DNA from: Candidatus Dormiibacterota bacterium
Lineage (GTDB): Bacteria > Chloroflexota > Dormibacteria > Aeolococcales > Aeolococcaceae
Assembly (NCBI GenBank): GCA_035995545.1
Contig: DASYKI010000003.1
Span: 540-64,539, forward strand
Length of the DNA stretch: 64,000 bases
Reading direction: 5' to 3'
The translations under genes were made by a program, and so were the position numbers. Under the pieces are notes generated by a model. That model saw nothing but the letters and a program-made list of their open reading frames with translations, had not been told where the DNA came from and made no database searches. Below are positions 1 to 8,593 of this stretch, piece after piece. Within the stretch, counting starts at the first letter, position 1, and every line of letters starts with the position of its first letter.

Positions 1-725
1 TGGCCTGGATCGACTGCCTGGCGGGCGGCAGGGCGCTTGGCCGCTCGGTGCTCACCCGCGGCGACTTCGCCCAGCCGGAGGAGCTCAGCCGCCGGCACGG
101 CGCGGATCCGCTCCACTTCGACCCCGCCGTGCGACTCTCGGCACCGCCGTGGGTTCCTGACGGACTGCTCCGTCCCATCACCGTGCGCGCCTTCAACGAG
201 ATGTGGTTCCGCAAGGCCCCGCGCCGCGCCCGCGCGCAGATCGTGCCGCTGGCGTCCTTCTTCCATCCCCTCGACGGTGTGCGCGGCTGGAATCGCATGT
301 ACGGGTCGCGCGGTTTCGTGCAGTACCAGTTCGTCGTTCCCTTCGGGCGCGAGGATGCGCTGCGCCGCTCGTTGGAGATGCTCAGCAACGCCGGCACCGC
401 GTCCTTCCTCGCCGTGCTCAAGCGCTTCGGCGACGCCAACCCCGGCCACATCTCCTTCCCCTCGCCGGGATGGACGCTGGCGCTCGACATTCCCGTCGGC
501 GACCCGGACCTTCCCGCGCTGCTCGATCGCCTCGACGAGCTGGTCGCCAACGCGGGCGGTCGCGTCTACCTGGCCAAGGATTCGCGGCTGCGGCCCGAGC
601 TGCTGCCCGTGATGTACCCTCGGCTCGCGCAGTGGAAGGCGGTGCGCGACCGGGTCGACCCCGGCGGCCTGATGCAGTCGGATCTCGGCCGTCGCCTCGG
701 GCTCTGTCCCGCGGGCGAGGTGTAG
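1..725 (+). CDS. dprE1: C-terminal part of decaprenylphosphoryl-beta-D-ribose 2-oxidase DprE1 (FAD-linked oxidase); 5-prime end lies outside the window
   Basis: The frame is open from base 1 (track ORF 48..725). The C-terminal motifs [28 protein letters not shown] and the tail DLGRRLGL match the DprE1 C-terminus. The next gene is a DprE2-type SDR, as in the dprE1-dprE2 operon. Confidence 0.85.
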   Translation, partial: AWIDCLAGGRALGRSVLTRGDFAQPEELSRRHGADPLHFDPAVRLSAPPWVPDGLLRPITVRAFNEMWFRKAPRRARAQIVPLASFFHPLDGVRGWNRMYGSRGFVQYQFVVPFGREDALRRSLEMLSNAGTASFLAVLKRFGDANPGHISFPSPGWTLALDIPVGDPDLPALLDRLDELVANAGGRVYLAKDSRLRPELLPVMYPRLAQWKAVRDRVDPGGLMQSDLGRRLGLCPAGEV

Positions 726-733
726 GGAGCAAC

Positions 734-1495
734 ATGAAGGACGCGTTCGGGTCCGTGCAGTCGGTGCTCATTTTCGGTGGTGCGTCGGAGATTGCGCTGG
801 CCACCGCGAAGAAGCTGGCGCAGCGCCGGGCGCGCACCATCGTCCTCGCGGGACGCGACATGGCGCGGCTCGACAGCGCCGCCGCCAATTTGCGTCGCGA
901 GGGCGCTGCGCACGTCGAGACCGCCGCGTTCGACGCCACCGACACCGCGTCGCACCAGCGTTTCGTCGACGACGTGTGGGCGCGGCATCACGAGTTCGAC
1001 CTGGTGCTGCTCGCCTTCGGTGTGCTCGGCGACCAGGAGCGCGATGAGAACGACGCCGCGTCGGCACTGCACGTGATCGACGTCAACTTTCGCGGTGCGG
1101 TGTCGGTGGGAATTCCTGTGACGCAGAAGCTGCGCGCTCAGGGGCATGGATCGCTGGTCGTGCTGTCGACCGTCGCCGCGGAGCGGGCACGGCGCGCCAA
1201 CTTCGTCTACGGTGCGTCCAAGGCGGGGCTCGACGCCTTCTTCCAGGGGCTGGCCGATTCCATGGTGGGCACCGGTGTGCAGGTGCTGATCGTGCGTCCG
1301 GGCTTCGTGCACACCAAGATGACCGAGGGGCGTCCTGCGGCGCCGTTCGCCACCACGCCGGAGAAGGTCGCCGAGGACATCGTGCGCGGCATCGCGCGGA
1401 ATGCGACCACGATCTGGTCGCCGGGTGTGCTGCGGCCAGTGATGTCGGCGATGCGGCACCTGCCGCGGCCGGTGTTTCGCAAGCTGCGCGCGTGA
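734..1495 (+). CDS. dprE2: decaprenylphosphoryl-2-keto-beta-D-erythro-pentose reductase DprE2 (short-chain dehydrogenase)
   Basis: ATG at 734 in the frame of track ORF 203..1495. The 254-aa protein has the SDR glycine motif VLIFGGASEIALA and the catalytic YGASKAG. Its C-terminal tail PRPVFRKLRA closely resembles mycobacterial DprE2 (PRSIFRKLPI). It lies directly downstream of DprE1. Confidence 0.85.
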   Translation: MKDAFGSVQSVLIFGGASEIALATAKKLAQRRARTIVLAGRDMARLDSAAANLRREGAAHVETAAFDATDTASHQRFVDDVWARHHEFDLVLLAFGVLGDQERDENDAASALHVIDVNFRGAVSVGIPVTQKLRAQGHGSLVVLSTVAAERARRANFVYGASKAGLDAFFQGLADSMVGTGVQVLIVRPGFVHTKMTEGRPAAPFATTPEKVAEDIVRGIARNATTIWSPGVLRPVMSAMRHLPRPVFRKLRA

Positions 1496-2157
1496 GTGCG
1501 GCCGTCGTGAGCACAGCGCAGCGCACCGTCGCGGCGTTCGACTTCGATGGCACCCTGACCCATCACGACAGCCTGGTTCCCTTCTTGATGCGCGTGCGCG
1601 GGCGGGCGGCCGTGATGCGGGCGCTGGTCTCGTCGGCGCCGGTGCTGCTCGCCAGTGCGACGGGGCGCGAGTCGCGGGAGCGGGGGAAGGAGGCGCTGCT
1701 CATCGCCACCGTCAACGGCTGGTGGGTGGATGAGCTGGGGCCTGCCGTCGACGAGTACGCGCGCGAGGTGGTGGAGAAGAGGCTTCGTCCCGATCGGGTG
1801 GAGAGGCTGCGCTGGCACCAGGAGCAGGGACACGAGGTGGTGCTCGTGAGCGCGTCGCCGGAGCTGTATGTCGGGCGCGTCGGTGAGCTGCTCGGGTGTG
1901 CGGGGGTGATCGCGACGCAGCTCGAGGTGGATCGGCGGGGGCGGCTGACCGGGCGGCTGTTTGGGGACAACGTGTGGGGTGTCGAGAAGGAGCGGCTGCT
2001 GCGCGAGTGGTTGGCGGGTGACGCGGTGCGGCTCTATGCGTATGGCGACAGCGATGGCGATGCGCAGATGCTCGCCATGGCGGATGTGGGGGTGCGGCTG
2101 GGCGGGCGTGACAGGCTTGGTCGCGAGCCTGAGCCGGGGCCCTTCCCCTCACGTTGA
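1492..2157 (+). CDS. HAD-superfamily hydrolase (HAD-IB / phosphoserine-phosphatase-like)
   Basis: The FDFDGTLT motif I sits near the N-terminus and YGDSDGD (motif IV) near the C-terminus. The GTG start overlaps the dprE2 stop (GTGA). Confidence 0.7.
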   Translation: MSAAVVSTAQRTVAAFDFDGTLTHHDSLVPFLMRVRGRAAVMRALVSSAPVLLASATGRESRERGKEALLIATVNGWWVDELGPAVDEYAREVVEKRLRPDRVERLRWHQEQGHEVVLVSASPELYVGRVGELLGCAGVIATQLEVDRRGRLTGRLFGDNVWGVEKERLLREWLAGDAVRLYAYGDSDGDAQMLAMADVGVRLGGRDRLGREPEPGPFPSR

Positions 2158-2189
2158 CGCACCGGCCTATATCTTCTTGAGAAAGGTTA

Positions 2190-2225
2190 GGCCGCGTGCC
2201 CCAGGAGGTGGGGGGCGACGCGGCC
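2190..2225. terminator. hairpin (GGCCGCGT ... ACGCGGCC, 8-bp stem with a 20-nt loop) between convergent genes; candidate bidirectional terminator
   Basis: The inverted repeat is seen directly in the sequence. It sits in the 97-bp gap between the convergent HAD gene and the secreted-protein gene. There is no U-tract, so it is only a terminator-like structure. Confidence 0.3.
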
Positions 2226-2254
2226 AAGAGGGATGGACGATGAAGGGGTGAGGG

Positions 2255-3322
2255 TCAGCGCGTGACGGCGCACCCTCCCTGGCCGCCGTTGGCCTCGTTG
2301 CTCCACATCGGCTGGACCGCGTAGGCGTGGCCGCCGAGGGTGATGTTCTGGGTGCCCTTCCAGGCGCACTTGTCGCCGTTCTCGTTGGTCTGCACGTCGT
2401 TCCAGCCGTCCTGGGTGCCCATCTGGTTGTCGGGATCGGTGACCGCCTCGGCGTACTCGTGGCCGGCGACGATGCTGTAGCCGTCGTAGTAGCCGTGGCC
2501 GAAGGCGTCGGGCTTGTTCACCGAGTCGATGCCGCAGCCGGCGCCCTGCTCGGGCACGTACGGCATGAAGCTGTAGCGAACGCCGTGGCCGGTGGTGTGG
2601 TGCGTCTCCGCGTGGTAGGCGCAGTAGACGGTGCCGTACGCCGTGGCGCCGTGGCCCGGCGGCGTGAGGATGAAGTACGTCGCGTCGACGTTGTAGCCGA
2701 AGTGCGAGGCGGCCTTGATCGCCTCGGCCTCGATGGGATCGTCGGTGGCGTTCTCGGCGAGCCCGGTGGTGACGATGGTCGCCGGCACCGGCGTGTCGTC
2801 GACCCAGGTGCCCTTGAGCTGGTCCTTGGGATTGGTCACGTACATGGCGGTGGGCTGTCCGGTGCAGGAGAAGCCGGGGTCGATGTTGTCGCAGTACTGC
2901 GTCTGCACTCCGGCCCACTTGCTGCCGCCGACCTCGTCGAAGAAGGACTTGATGTACTTCTGCGCCGTCTTGTTGGTGTACGTGAAGCCGCCGTGCTTCT
3001 CGGAGAAGCCGGTCTTCCACTCGCTGCCCCAGAAGACCAGGTACACGCGCGGTTTGTGCTGCACCATGCCGCCGTGGTAGACGAGGTTGTCCTTGGAGGC
3101 GCCGGTGGTGCTGGGATCGGCAGGATAGCCCTGGCCCATCGCGTACATCACGTGCTTGGTGCCCACCACGACCGGTGGGCTGGTGCTGGCCGACGTCGTC
3201 GCCAGCGTGTTGAGTCCAAGGGCTGCGCAGGCCCCGGAGAGTGCGACGAGGTGTTTCGTGCGCACGCGCGGAAGCATTCTCACGATGATCCAGCTCCTTC
3301 GGTTGGCCACCGGCGTCTGCAT
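2255..3322 (-). CDS. secreted protein of unknown function (signal peptide, Cys-containing, His-rich segments)
   Basis: The track ORF is 355 aa. The N-terminal hydrophobic h-region LVALSGACAALGL is followed by a Thr/Ser-rich stretch. Local GC and codon usage are visibly lower than the surroundings (several A/T-ending codons). I recognise no catalytic motif; HEYAE is not HExxH. Confidence 0.6.
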   Translation of the reverse strand: MQTPVANRRSWIIVRMLPRVRTKHLVALSGACAALGLNTLATTSASTSPPVVVGTKHVMYAMGQGYPADPSTTGASKDNLVYHGGMVQHKPRVYLVFWGSEWKTGFSEKHGGFTYTNKTAQKYIKSFFDEVGGSKWAGVQTQYCDNIDPGFSCTGQPTAMYVTNPKDQLKGTWVDDTPVPATIVTTGLAENATDDPIEAEAIKAASHFGYNVDATYFILTPPGHGATAYGTVYCAYHAETHHTTGHGVRYSFMPYVPEQGAGCGIDSVNKPDAFGHGYYDGYSIVAGHEYAEAVTDPDNQMGTQDGWNDVQTNENGDKCAWKGTQNITLGGHAYAVQPMWSNEANGGQGGCAVTR

Positions 3323-3385
3323 TCGCCGCGGCCGTTGTCCCTGTTGACCATGAGAGACGACCGGCGTGCGCGATCCCTTGCGGCG

Positions 3386-4330
3386 CTAGTACCAGATGGT
3401 GCGCACGCGGTGGTAGGGCTGGGCGTGCAGGCCCTGGCCGCGCCACCAGAGCATCGCGTCCACCAGCGTGGCGCCGGCCGAGCGTCCGCGCGCGGCCAGC
3501 AGCGGCACCAGGCGATCCACCGCCACCACGGTGAGGGCGCGGATCTCGATCTCCTGCTCGCTCCCCGCGGCCAGCTCGATGCGTGCGTCGACCGAAGCGG
3601 CCAGCTGGGGCGTGTAGACCATGGCGCCGGCGGCGCGCAGGACCTGGGGGAGCTTGTAGTCGGCGAAGGCGGTCAGGCCGCTGCGGTCCAGCAAACCCGC
3701 TGGGGCACGCGCCCCCAGGGCGGCGCCGCAGTCGTTGGCCGCGATCTGGGCGCGCTTGAGCAGGGGCACGCGACGGCCGCGGTATTCGGCGACGTCGCGG
3801 AAGAGGCGCAGGGACCTTCCCATGGTCTGCGCCAACGAGGCCGCCGACCCGGCAGCATCCAGGAGACCCAGCGCCGAGCCGCCGTGTGCCGCCACCAGCC
3901 ACGTGCCCAGCTCCGCGGCCACGGCATGCCGCTCGGCCAGCATGGGTGGATGTGCCGGCCCGCCCTCGTCGCCGCGCAGCACCGACTCCAGGTCGCGCAC
4001 CGACCACTCGGTCCACAGTGAGGGCCGCCACACGGGCAGGCGGTCGTCGTCGACGGCACGCCGCAGTGCATGCGCCAGGGCCATGTAGCCGTCGGCGCCG
4101 CGGACACGCCAGCGCGGCTCGTCCTGCCAGAACGAGAAGTTCAGCGCGCTGAGCAGCAACGTCCAGCCGGCGACGTGCTCGGCGTCTGCGTCGACGAGGT
4201 GAGGCGAGCCCCATGCGGGCGGGTCGGGCGCCGCGGCGAGCTCGCCGGCGAGGCGGCCGAGCGCGGCGTCGTCGAGGCGTACGTGGGTCGCCACCGAGGC
4301 GACCCACTCGCATGCCGTGCGGACGTCCAT
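3386..4330 (-). CDS. queuosine-salvage family protein (DUF2419 / Qng1-like, queuosine 5-prime-phosphate N-glycosylase/hydrolase family)
   Basis: The 314-aa track ORF has a C-terminus YHRVRTIWY and an overall composition typical of the DUF2419/C9orf64 family. This is recall-based and no search was run. Confidence 0.55.
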   Translation of the reverse strand: MDVRTACEWVASVATHVRLDDAALGRLAGELAAAPDPPAWGSPHLVDADAEHVAGWTLLLSALNFSFWQDEPRWRVRGADGYMALAHALRRAVDDDRLPVWRPSLWTEWSVRDLESVLRGDEGGPAHPPMLAERHAVAAELGTWLVAAHGGSALGLLDAAGSAASLAQTMGRSLRLFRDVAEYRGRRVPLLKRAQIAANDCGAALGARAPAGLLDRSGLTAFADYKLPQVLRAAGAMVYTPQLAASVDARIELAAGSEQEIEIRALTVVAVDRLVPLLAARGRSAGATLVDAMLWWRGQGLHAQPYHRVRTIWY

Positions 4331-4412
4331 GGCTCGCCATCATGCGGAAAAAGCAGAGGGCGGCCAGGCCTTGGTGGCCGGACCGCCCTCGGGAATGCTG
4401 TCGCGCCTCCGC

Positions 4413-6644
4413 CTACCCCCAGGACGCCATGCCCTTCACGGGCTGATTCAGGTGAATCGCCCCCGTCGAGCCGAGGTACACGGCGTCGCCGAAGGTGAAG
4501 ATCCCGCCGTCCGAGGCGGTCATCCAGTACCCGTTGCCGGTCGCCGAGGGAGCCATGCCCACGATGGGCTGGTTGAGGTGAATGTTTCCGGTCGAGCCGT
4601 GGAAGACCGCGTTGCCGAAGGAGAAGATGCCGCCGTCCGAGGCGACCATCCAGTAGCCGCCGCCGCCCGGCACCGCGGCCATGCCGACGATGGGCTGGTT
4701 GAGATGGATGTTCCCGGTCGAGCCGTGGAACACCGCGTCGCCGAAGGAGAAGATGCCACCGTCCGAGGCCACCAGCCAGTAGCCGTTGCCGCTCGGCGTC
4801 GGGGCCATGCCGACGATGGGCTGGTTGAGGTGGATGTTCCCCGTCGAGCCGTGGAACACCGCGTCACCGAAGGAGAAGACGCCACCGTCGGAGGCGACCA
4901 TCCAGTAGCCGTTGCCGCTCGGTGTCGCGGCCATGCCGACGATGGGCTGGTTGAGGCGGATGTTTCCCGTCGACCCGCGGAAGACGGCGTCACCGAAGGA
5001 GAAGATGCCGCCGTCGGTGGCCACCTCCCAGTAGCCGCCGCCGTCCTTGGTGCGGGCCAGCCCCACGATGGGCTTGTTGAGGATGGTGCCGCCCATCGAG
5101 CCGTAGTAGGGGACGTTGAAGTTGAAGATGCCGCCGTCGCTGGCCGTCATCCAGTAGCCGGGCACGCCCGGGGCGGGCGGCGGCGGCGGGCCGAGCTTGC
5201 CGAGGTTGTTGCCGGTGCGCTGCATGTTGCCGTGGAAGGTGGGCCACTGCTGCTTGGCCACCGGGTTGAGCATCCCGGCGTTGCTGCCGGGGATCTGGTA
5301 CGAGCTCACCACCCAGTGGTTCTCGGCCTGCGGGTTGCCGGTGCTGCCCTGCGAGGTGACGATCACCGACAGGGTGCTGCCGTCCAGGCTGGCCACCGTC
5401 GGGTTGCTCCAGATGCCGCCGGCGACGACGGTGTCCGACACCGTGTTGCCGAAGGCGTCGAAGGCGACCAGGTGGTTGCCGGCGCCGATCCAGACGCCGT
5501 TGTTGCCGCTGCCGTCGACCGGCGCGATGATCGGGGCGCCGAACAGGTTGCCGAGGCCGAGGCTGCGCGACCACAGCAGGTGGCCGTTGGGGTCCCAGGC
5601 GTACACGGCGCCGTCCTGGCTGGTCTCGACCACGTCCTGGGTGCCCGACGGACCCTGCAGGTGGCCGATCGCCGGCGAGGCGAAGTTGCGCCCGCCGGTG
5701 GCGCCGGTCCACTGGTGGCCGCCGTCCTCGCCCCAGACGTTGACGCCGCGACCGGCGGGGTCGTTGTAGAAGATGCCGGAGCCGGCCACGATGGTGTTCT
5801 GGTGGGTGTTGTGCAGGTCGGCCACGGCCGGCGACGCCCAGGGCACCTGGTCGGTGGTCTGCGTCCAGGGCAGGCGCCCGCCGTTGGGGCGGAACGCCCA
5901 GTAGACGCCGCCCGGCGGGTAGGGCTCGGTCGAGCCGCCGCTGGAGTCGGAGCCGATGATGATGTCCATCTGGCCGAGGTGCTCCATGTCGGCGAGCGTC
6001 GGCGTGTCCCAGATCGTGTCGAAGAGGTTGATCGGGAAGCCGCTGAGGATGTGCCCGTTGCGGTCCCACGCGTACAGGGTGTGGTCCCAGCCGCCGGCGA
6101 CCAGCTCCTTGGCCCCGTTGCCGAACAGGTCACCCACCGCCACCGCGCTGAAGAAGCCGGGCGGGAAGTTGCTGGCCAGCGGGTGCGAGGTCTGCGGCCA
6201 GCCGGGGTAGCTGGTGCCGTCGCCGTTCCAGACGTTGACGATGCCGGAGTCGCTGGTGGTGATGATCTGCATGTGGCCGCTGCCGTCGAGGTCGGCCAGG
6301 GTCGGCGAGGCGTGCACCGGGCCAGGTCCGGCCGAGCGCGGCCAGGCGCCGTTGTCGACGCCGAGGGCGCTGTTGAGCAGCACCACGTTGCCGTCGGGGA
6401 AGGCGGCGACCACCTTCTGCTGCCCGTTGCCGAAGACGTCGCCGACGGCGACCCCGGCGAACGGCTGGGTCACCGTGTACGCCTGCGGCGAGTTGTTGCC
6501 CGCGGCCAGCACCTCGGTGAACGAGTGTGAGAGGGGCAGGCTGGGGGGCGCCGCGTGGGTCGGGAGCGGAACGCCCAGCCCGGTCGCCGACAGCGCGCTG
6601 GCGGGGACGATCAGGGCGAGGAGGGCGCGTCGTCTCAATTGCAT
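4413..6644 (-). CDS. secreted double beta-propeller repeat protein (N-terminal FG-GAP/VCBS-like repeats plus six C-terminal 42-aa tandem repeats)
   Basis: The 743-aa ORF has a signal peptide (LALIVPASALSATG). FG-GAP-like blades are recognisable (FGNGQQKVVAAFPDG; DLDGSGHMQIITTSDSG; VGDLFGNGAKELVAGGWD; DMEHLGQMDIIIGSDS). The C-terminal region is six repeats of the pattern GYWxVASDGGIFSFGDAVFHGSTGNIHLNQPIVGMA. Confidence 0.8.
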   Translation of the reverse strand: MQLRRRALLALIVPASALSATGLGVPLPTHAAPPSLPLSHSFTEVLAAGNNSPQAYTVTQPFAGVAVGDVFGNGQQKVVAAFPDGNVVLLNSALGVDNGAWPRSAGPGPVHASPTLADLDGSGHMQIITTSDSGIVNVWNGDGTSYPGWPQTSHPLASNFPPGFFSAVAVGDLFGNGAKELVAGGWDHTLYAWDRNGHILSGFPINLFDTIWDTPTLADMEHLGQMDIIIGSDSSGGSTEPYPPGGVYWAFRPNGGRLPWTQTTDQVPWASPAVADLHNTHQNTIVAGSGIFYNDPAGRGVNVWGEDGGHQWTGATGGRNFASPAIGHLQGPSGTQDVVETSQDGAVYAWDPNGHLLWSRSLGLGNLFGAPIIAPVDGSGNNGVWIGAGNHLVAFDAFGNTVSDTVVAGGIWSNPTVASLDGSTLSVIVTSQGSTGNPQAENHWVVSSYQIPGSNAGMLNPVAKQQWPTFHGNMQRTGNNLGKLGPPPPPAPGVPGYWMTASDGGIFNFNVPYYGSMGGTILNKPIVGLARTKDGGGYWEVATDGGIFSFGDAVFRGSTGNIRLNQPIVGMAATPSGNGYWMVASDGGVFSFGDAVFHGSTGNIHLNQPIVGMAPTPSGNGYWLVASDGGIFSFGDAVFHGSTGNIHLNQPIVGMAAVPGGGGYWMVASDGGIFSFGNAVFHGSTGNIHLNQPIVGMAPSATGNGYWMTASDGGIFTFGDAVYLGSTGAIHLNQPVKGMASWG
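4416..5156. repeat. tandem direct DNA repeat of about 126 bp in six copies (the middle four are near-identical), coding the C-terminal propeller blades
   Basis: Near-identical nucleotide blocks recur every 126 bp (for example ccgatgatgggctggttgaggtggatgtt...gccgaaggagaagatgccaccgtc). The repeat is also visible because the out-of-frame ORF 4520..4993 translates as a repeated peptide. Confidence 0.85.
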
Positions 6645-6776
6645 GGGTGCACCAGTGGTGAGAGGGAGGGGACTGAGGGAGGTCGGGCCCGATCATCGCG
6701 GCCACCGCGACGCCTGTGGCCCAGCTTCACACCTTCGTCAAACGACTGAGACCCGATGGCTGGGCTCAGCGGCGGC

Positions 6777-8396
6777 TCAGGCGCAGGTGTAGGAGATCGC
6801 CTGACTGACCGACCGGGCCGTCGGGCTGACGACGCGGAAGGTCATGCGCGCGTTGAGCTGCTGCTTGCCGAGGATGCGCCAGGTGGTGTTGAACTTGAAG
6901 CTGCCGAAGTCGGAGGTGATCGGCAGCGAGGTGTCGGCGGTCTGCATGCCGTCGCTGCGCTCCCAGCGGTAGACGAGCGTGCCGGTCCCGGTCAGGGCGC
7001 CCTTGGCCTCGAAGGCGAAGGTGGTGTCGCACCCGCCCTGGGCGGGGGCGGCCGTCAGGGTGACGTTCGGGCTCACGGTGAGCGGGCCGCTGTTGGCGGC
7101 GGTCGAGGTGCCACCGATCACGCCCGCCGCGTAGAGGCCGCCCGCGGTGCCACCGGCGACGAGCAGGAGCACCAGCACGAGGATGAGCGGCACCACCCAG
7201 CGGCGGCGGCGGTTCTCCTCGCTGTCCACCTCGGTGATGGCGGCGCGGGCGCGGGGCTGGGGCGGCGGCAGGTAGGACGCCGGTGGCGTCGACACCGGGC
7301 GGGCCATCGGCGGCGGCGGCGCGGCGCCGGCCAGCACGGCGGCGCCGGGGGGCGGGGGAACGCTGAAGCCGTGGATCCCCGCGACCGGGCCGGCCGCCGC
7401 GGCACCCGGCACTCCGGGGACGCCCACGGCGCCGGGACCACCGGCGGCCGCGGTTGCCGCCTGGGACGGCAGCACCGCCGCAACCCCGTCCGGCCCGTGC
7501 AGCACCGCCGCGGCCCGCGCGCCGAGGTCGCTGGCCAGCCGCCAGGACGGCCCCATGCTGCCCGCCGTTGCGGCGATCAGGGCCATGCGCAGCTCGGTCG
7601 CCGAGGCGAAGCGCCGGCTCGCCTCCGCGCTCAGCCCGCGTCGCAGCACCTCGGCCACCGCGGGCAGGGCCGGCGGCCCGATGCGGCCCGGCGAGGGCGT
7701 GGACCCGGTCATCAGCTCCGAGGCCAGGGCCGCCACCGCGTAGAGGTCGGAGCCGGCGTCGGGCGGATGTCCCGCCAGTCGCTCGGGGCTCGCGTAGCCG
7801 GGGCGCCCGGCGCCTGCTTGGGCGGGCAGACCCTGCAGGGCGCCGCTGACGGCGAAGCCGCCCAGCTTGGCGGTACCCATCGCGGTGACCAGCACGTGCT
7901 CGGCGCGGATGTCGCCGTGGACGATGCCCTCGGCGTGGGCGGCCTCCAGGGCGTTGAGCACGTCGTCGACGGCGGCGATGGCGGCGGCTGGGGGCAGCAC
8001 CTGCCCCTCGGCGGCCATGGCCCGCAGCGAGGCGCCCGGGACCAGCTCCAGCACCAGGTAGACGCCCTCCTCGACGACGAGGTCGTAGACGCCGACGACG
8101 TGGGGGTTGCGCAGCGCCGCCACCCGCCGCGCCGACCCGCCGAGCCGGTCGACGAAGCCCTCGGCGCCGGTGAGCTGGTCGGCAAGCCGCTGCAGGACGA
8201 CGGAGTGCCCGGTGACGCGGTGCTTGCCCACGAAGAAGGTGCCGGTGCTGCCGCCGGCGAGCACCGCGGTGATCTCGTAGTCGCTCAGGCGGGGCAGCCC
8301 GGTGGGTTGCTCGACGGTCACCCGGCTGACCTCGGCGCCGCCGTGCCCAGGCTGGGCAGCGACCAGAAGCTGCGCCCGCACGCCTGGCACTCCCAC
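6777..8396 (-). CDS. membrane-anchored Ser/Thr protein kinase-like protein, predicted pseudokinase, with an extracellular Cys-bracketed beta domain
   Basis: The kinase fold is recognisable: lysine FFVGKH, hinge LVLELVPGASL, and activation-segment YASPERL. The catalytic motifs are degenerate: HGDIRAEH in place of HRDLKPxN, and GGFA in place of DFG. A Pro/Ala/Gly-rich linker follows, then one TM helix (WVVPLILVLVLLLVAGG), then a roughly 120-aa ectodomain bounded by two Cys (CDTT ... YTCA). The start is uncertain; an alternative in-frame GTG lies near 8327. Confidence 0.7.
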   Translation of the reverse strand: MGVPGVRAQLLVAAQPGHGGAEVSRVTVEQPTGLPRLSDYEITAVLAGGSTGTFFVGKHRVTGHSVVLQRLADQLTGAEGFVDRLGGSARRVAALRNPHVVGVYDLVVEEGVYLVLELVPGASLRAMAAEGQVLPPAAAIAAVDDVLNALEAAHAEGIVHGDIRAEHVLVTAMGTAKLGGFAVSGALQGLPAQAGAGRPGYASPERLAGHPPDAGSDLYAVAALASELMTGSTPSPGRIGPPALPAVAEVLRRGLSAEASRRFASATELRMALIAATAGSMGPSWRLASDLGARAAAVLHGPDGVAAVLPSQAATAAAGGPGAVGVPGVPGAAAAGPVAGIHGFSVPPPPGAAVLAGAAPPPPMARPVSTPPASYLPPPQPRARAAITEVDSEENRRRRWVVPLILVLVLLLVAGGTAGGLYAAGVIGGTSTAANSGPLTVSPNVTLTAAPAQGGCDTTFAFEAKGALTGTGTLVYRWERSDGMQTADTSLPITSDFGSFKFNTTWRILGKQQLNARMTFRVVSPTARSVSQAISYTCA

Positions 8397-8524
8397 GGCT
8401 GCCCGCTGACCACGTCGCCCTCCGCCCCGGCCGAGCTCAGCGCGGTGCGGCGGCCGCCGCAGTGGGGGCAGAGCGGGGCCACCCCGGGCAGAGCGAGTTG
8501 TCGCTCGCTCGTACGCCTGTTCAT
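8318..8524 (-). CDS. small zinc-ribbon protein (CPHCGG ... CQACG) overlapping the 5-prime end of the kinase-like gene in another frame
   Basis: The 68-aa ORF has two CxxC pairs. It overlaps ORF 6777..8396 by 79 nt. It could be a separate coupled gene, or the N-terminus of the kinase-like protein split by a frameshift. Confidence 0.35.
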   Translation of the reverse strand: MNRRTSERQLALPGVAPLCPHCGGRRTALSSAGAEGDVVSGQPWECQACGRSFWSLPSLGTAAPRSAG

Positions 8525-8593
8525 GGCGTGCAGCCTACGCGAAAAAACTTCGCCTGAGGACCGGTCGCCATCGACCGGCCGCCGATCAAGCGG

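Noticed and set aside
203-1495. A 430-aa ORF covering dprE2.
   Set aside because: The upstream part overlaps dprE1 in another frame. DprE2 homology begins at the ATG at 734.
2255-3322. HEYAE in the secreted protein as a zinc-metalloprotease motif.
   Set aside because: The motif is HExxE, not HExxH, and there is no third ligand context. I did not call it a peptidase.
2187-4343. A 718-aa minus-strand ORF, and many similar long ORFs such as 4317..6530, 15766..17820, 17885..19750, 22789..24699, 26706..28196, 28449..30053, 30584..32296, 35277..36692 and 46404..47999.
   Set aside because: They run antisense to, or out of frame with, genes that have clear family motifs. Their translations are Arg/Ala/Pro/Gly-rich low-complexity sequences, which is typical of 70% GC DNA. 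I treat them as non-coding artefacts.
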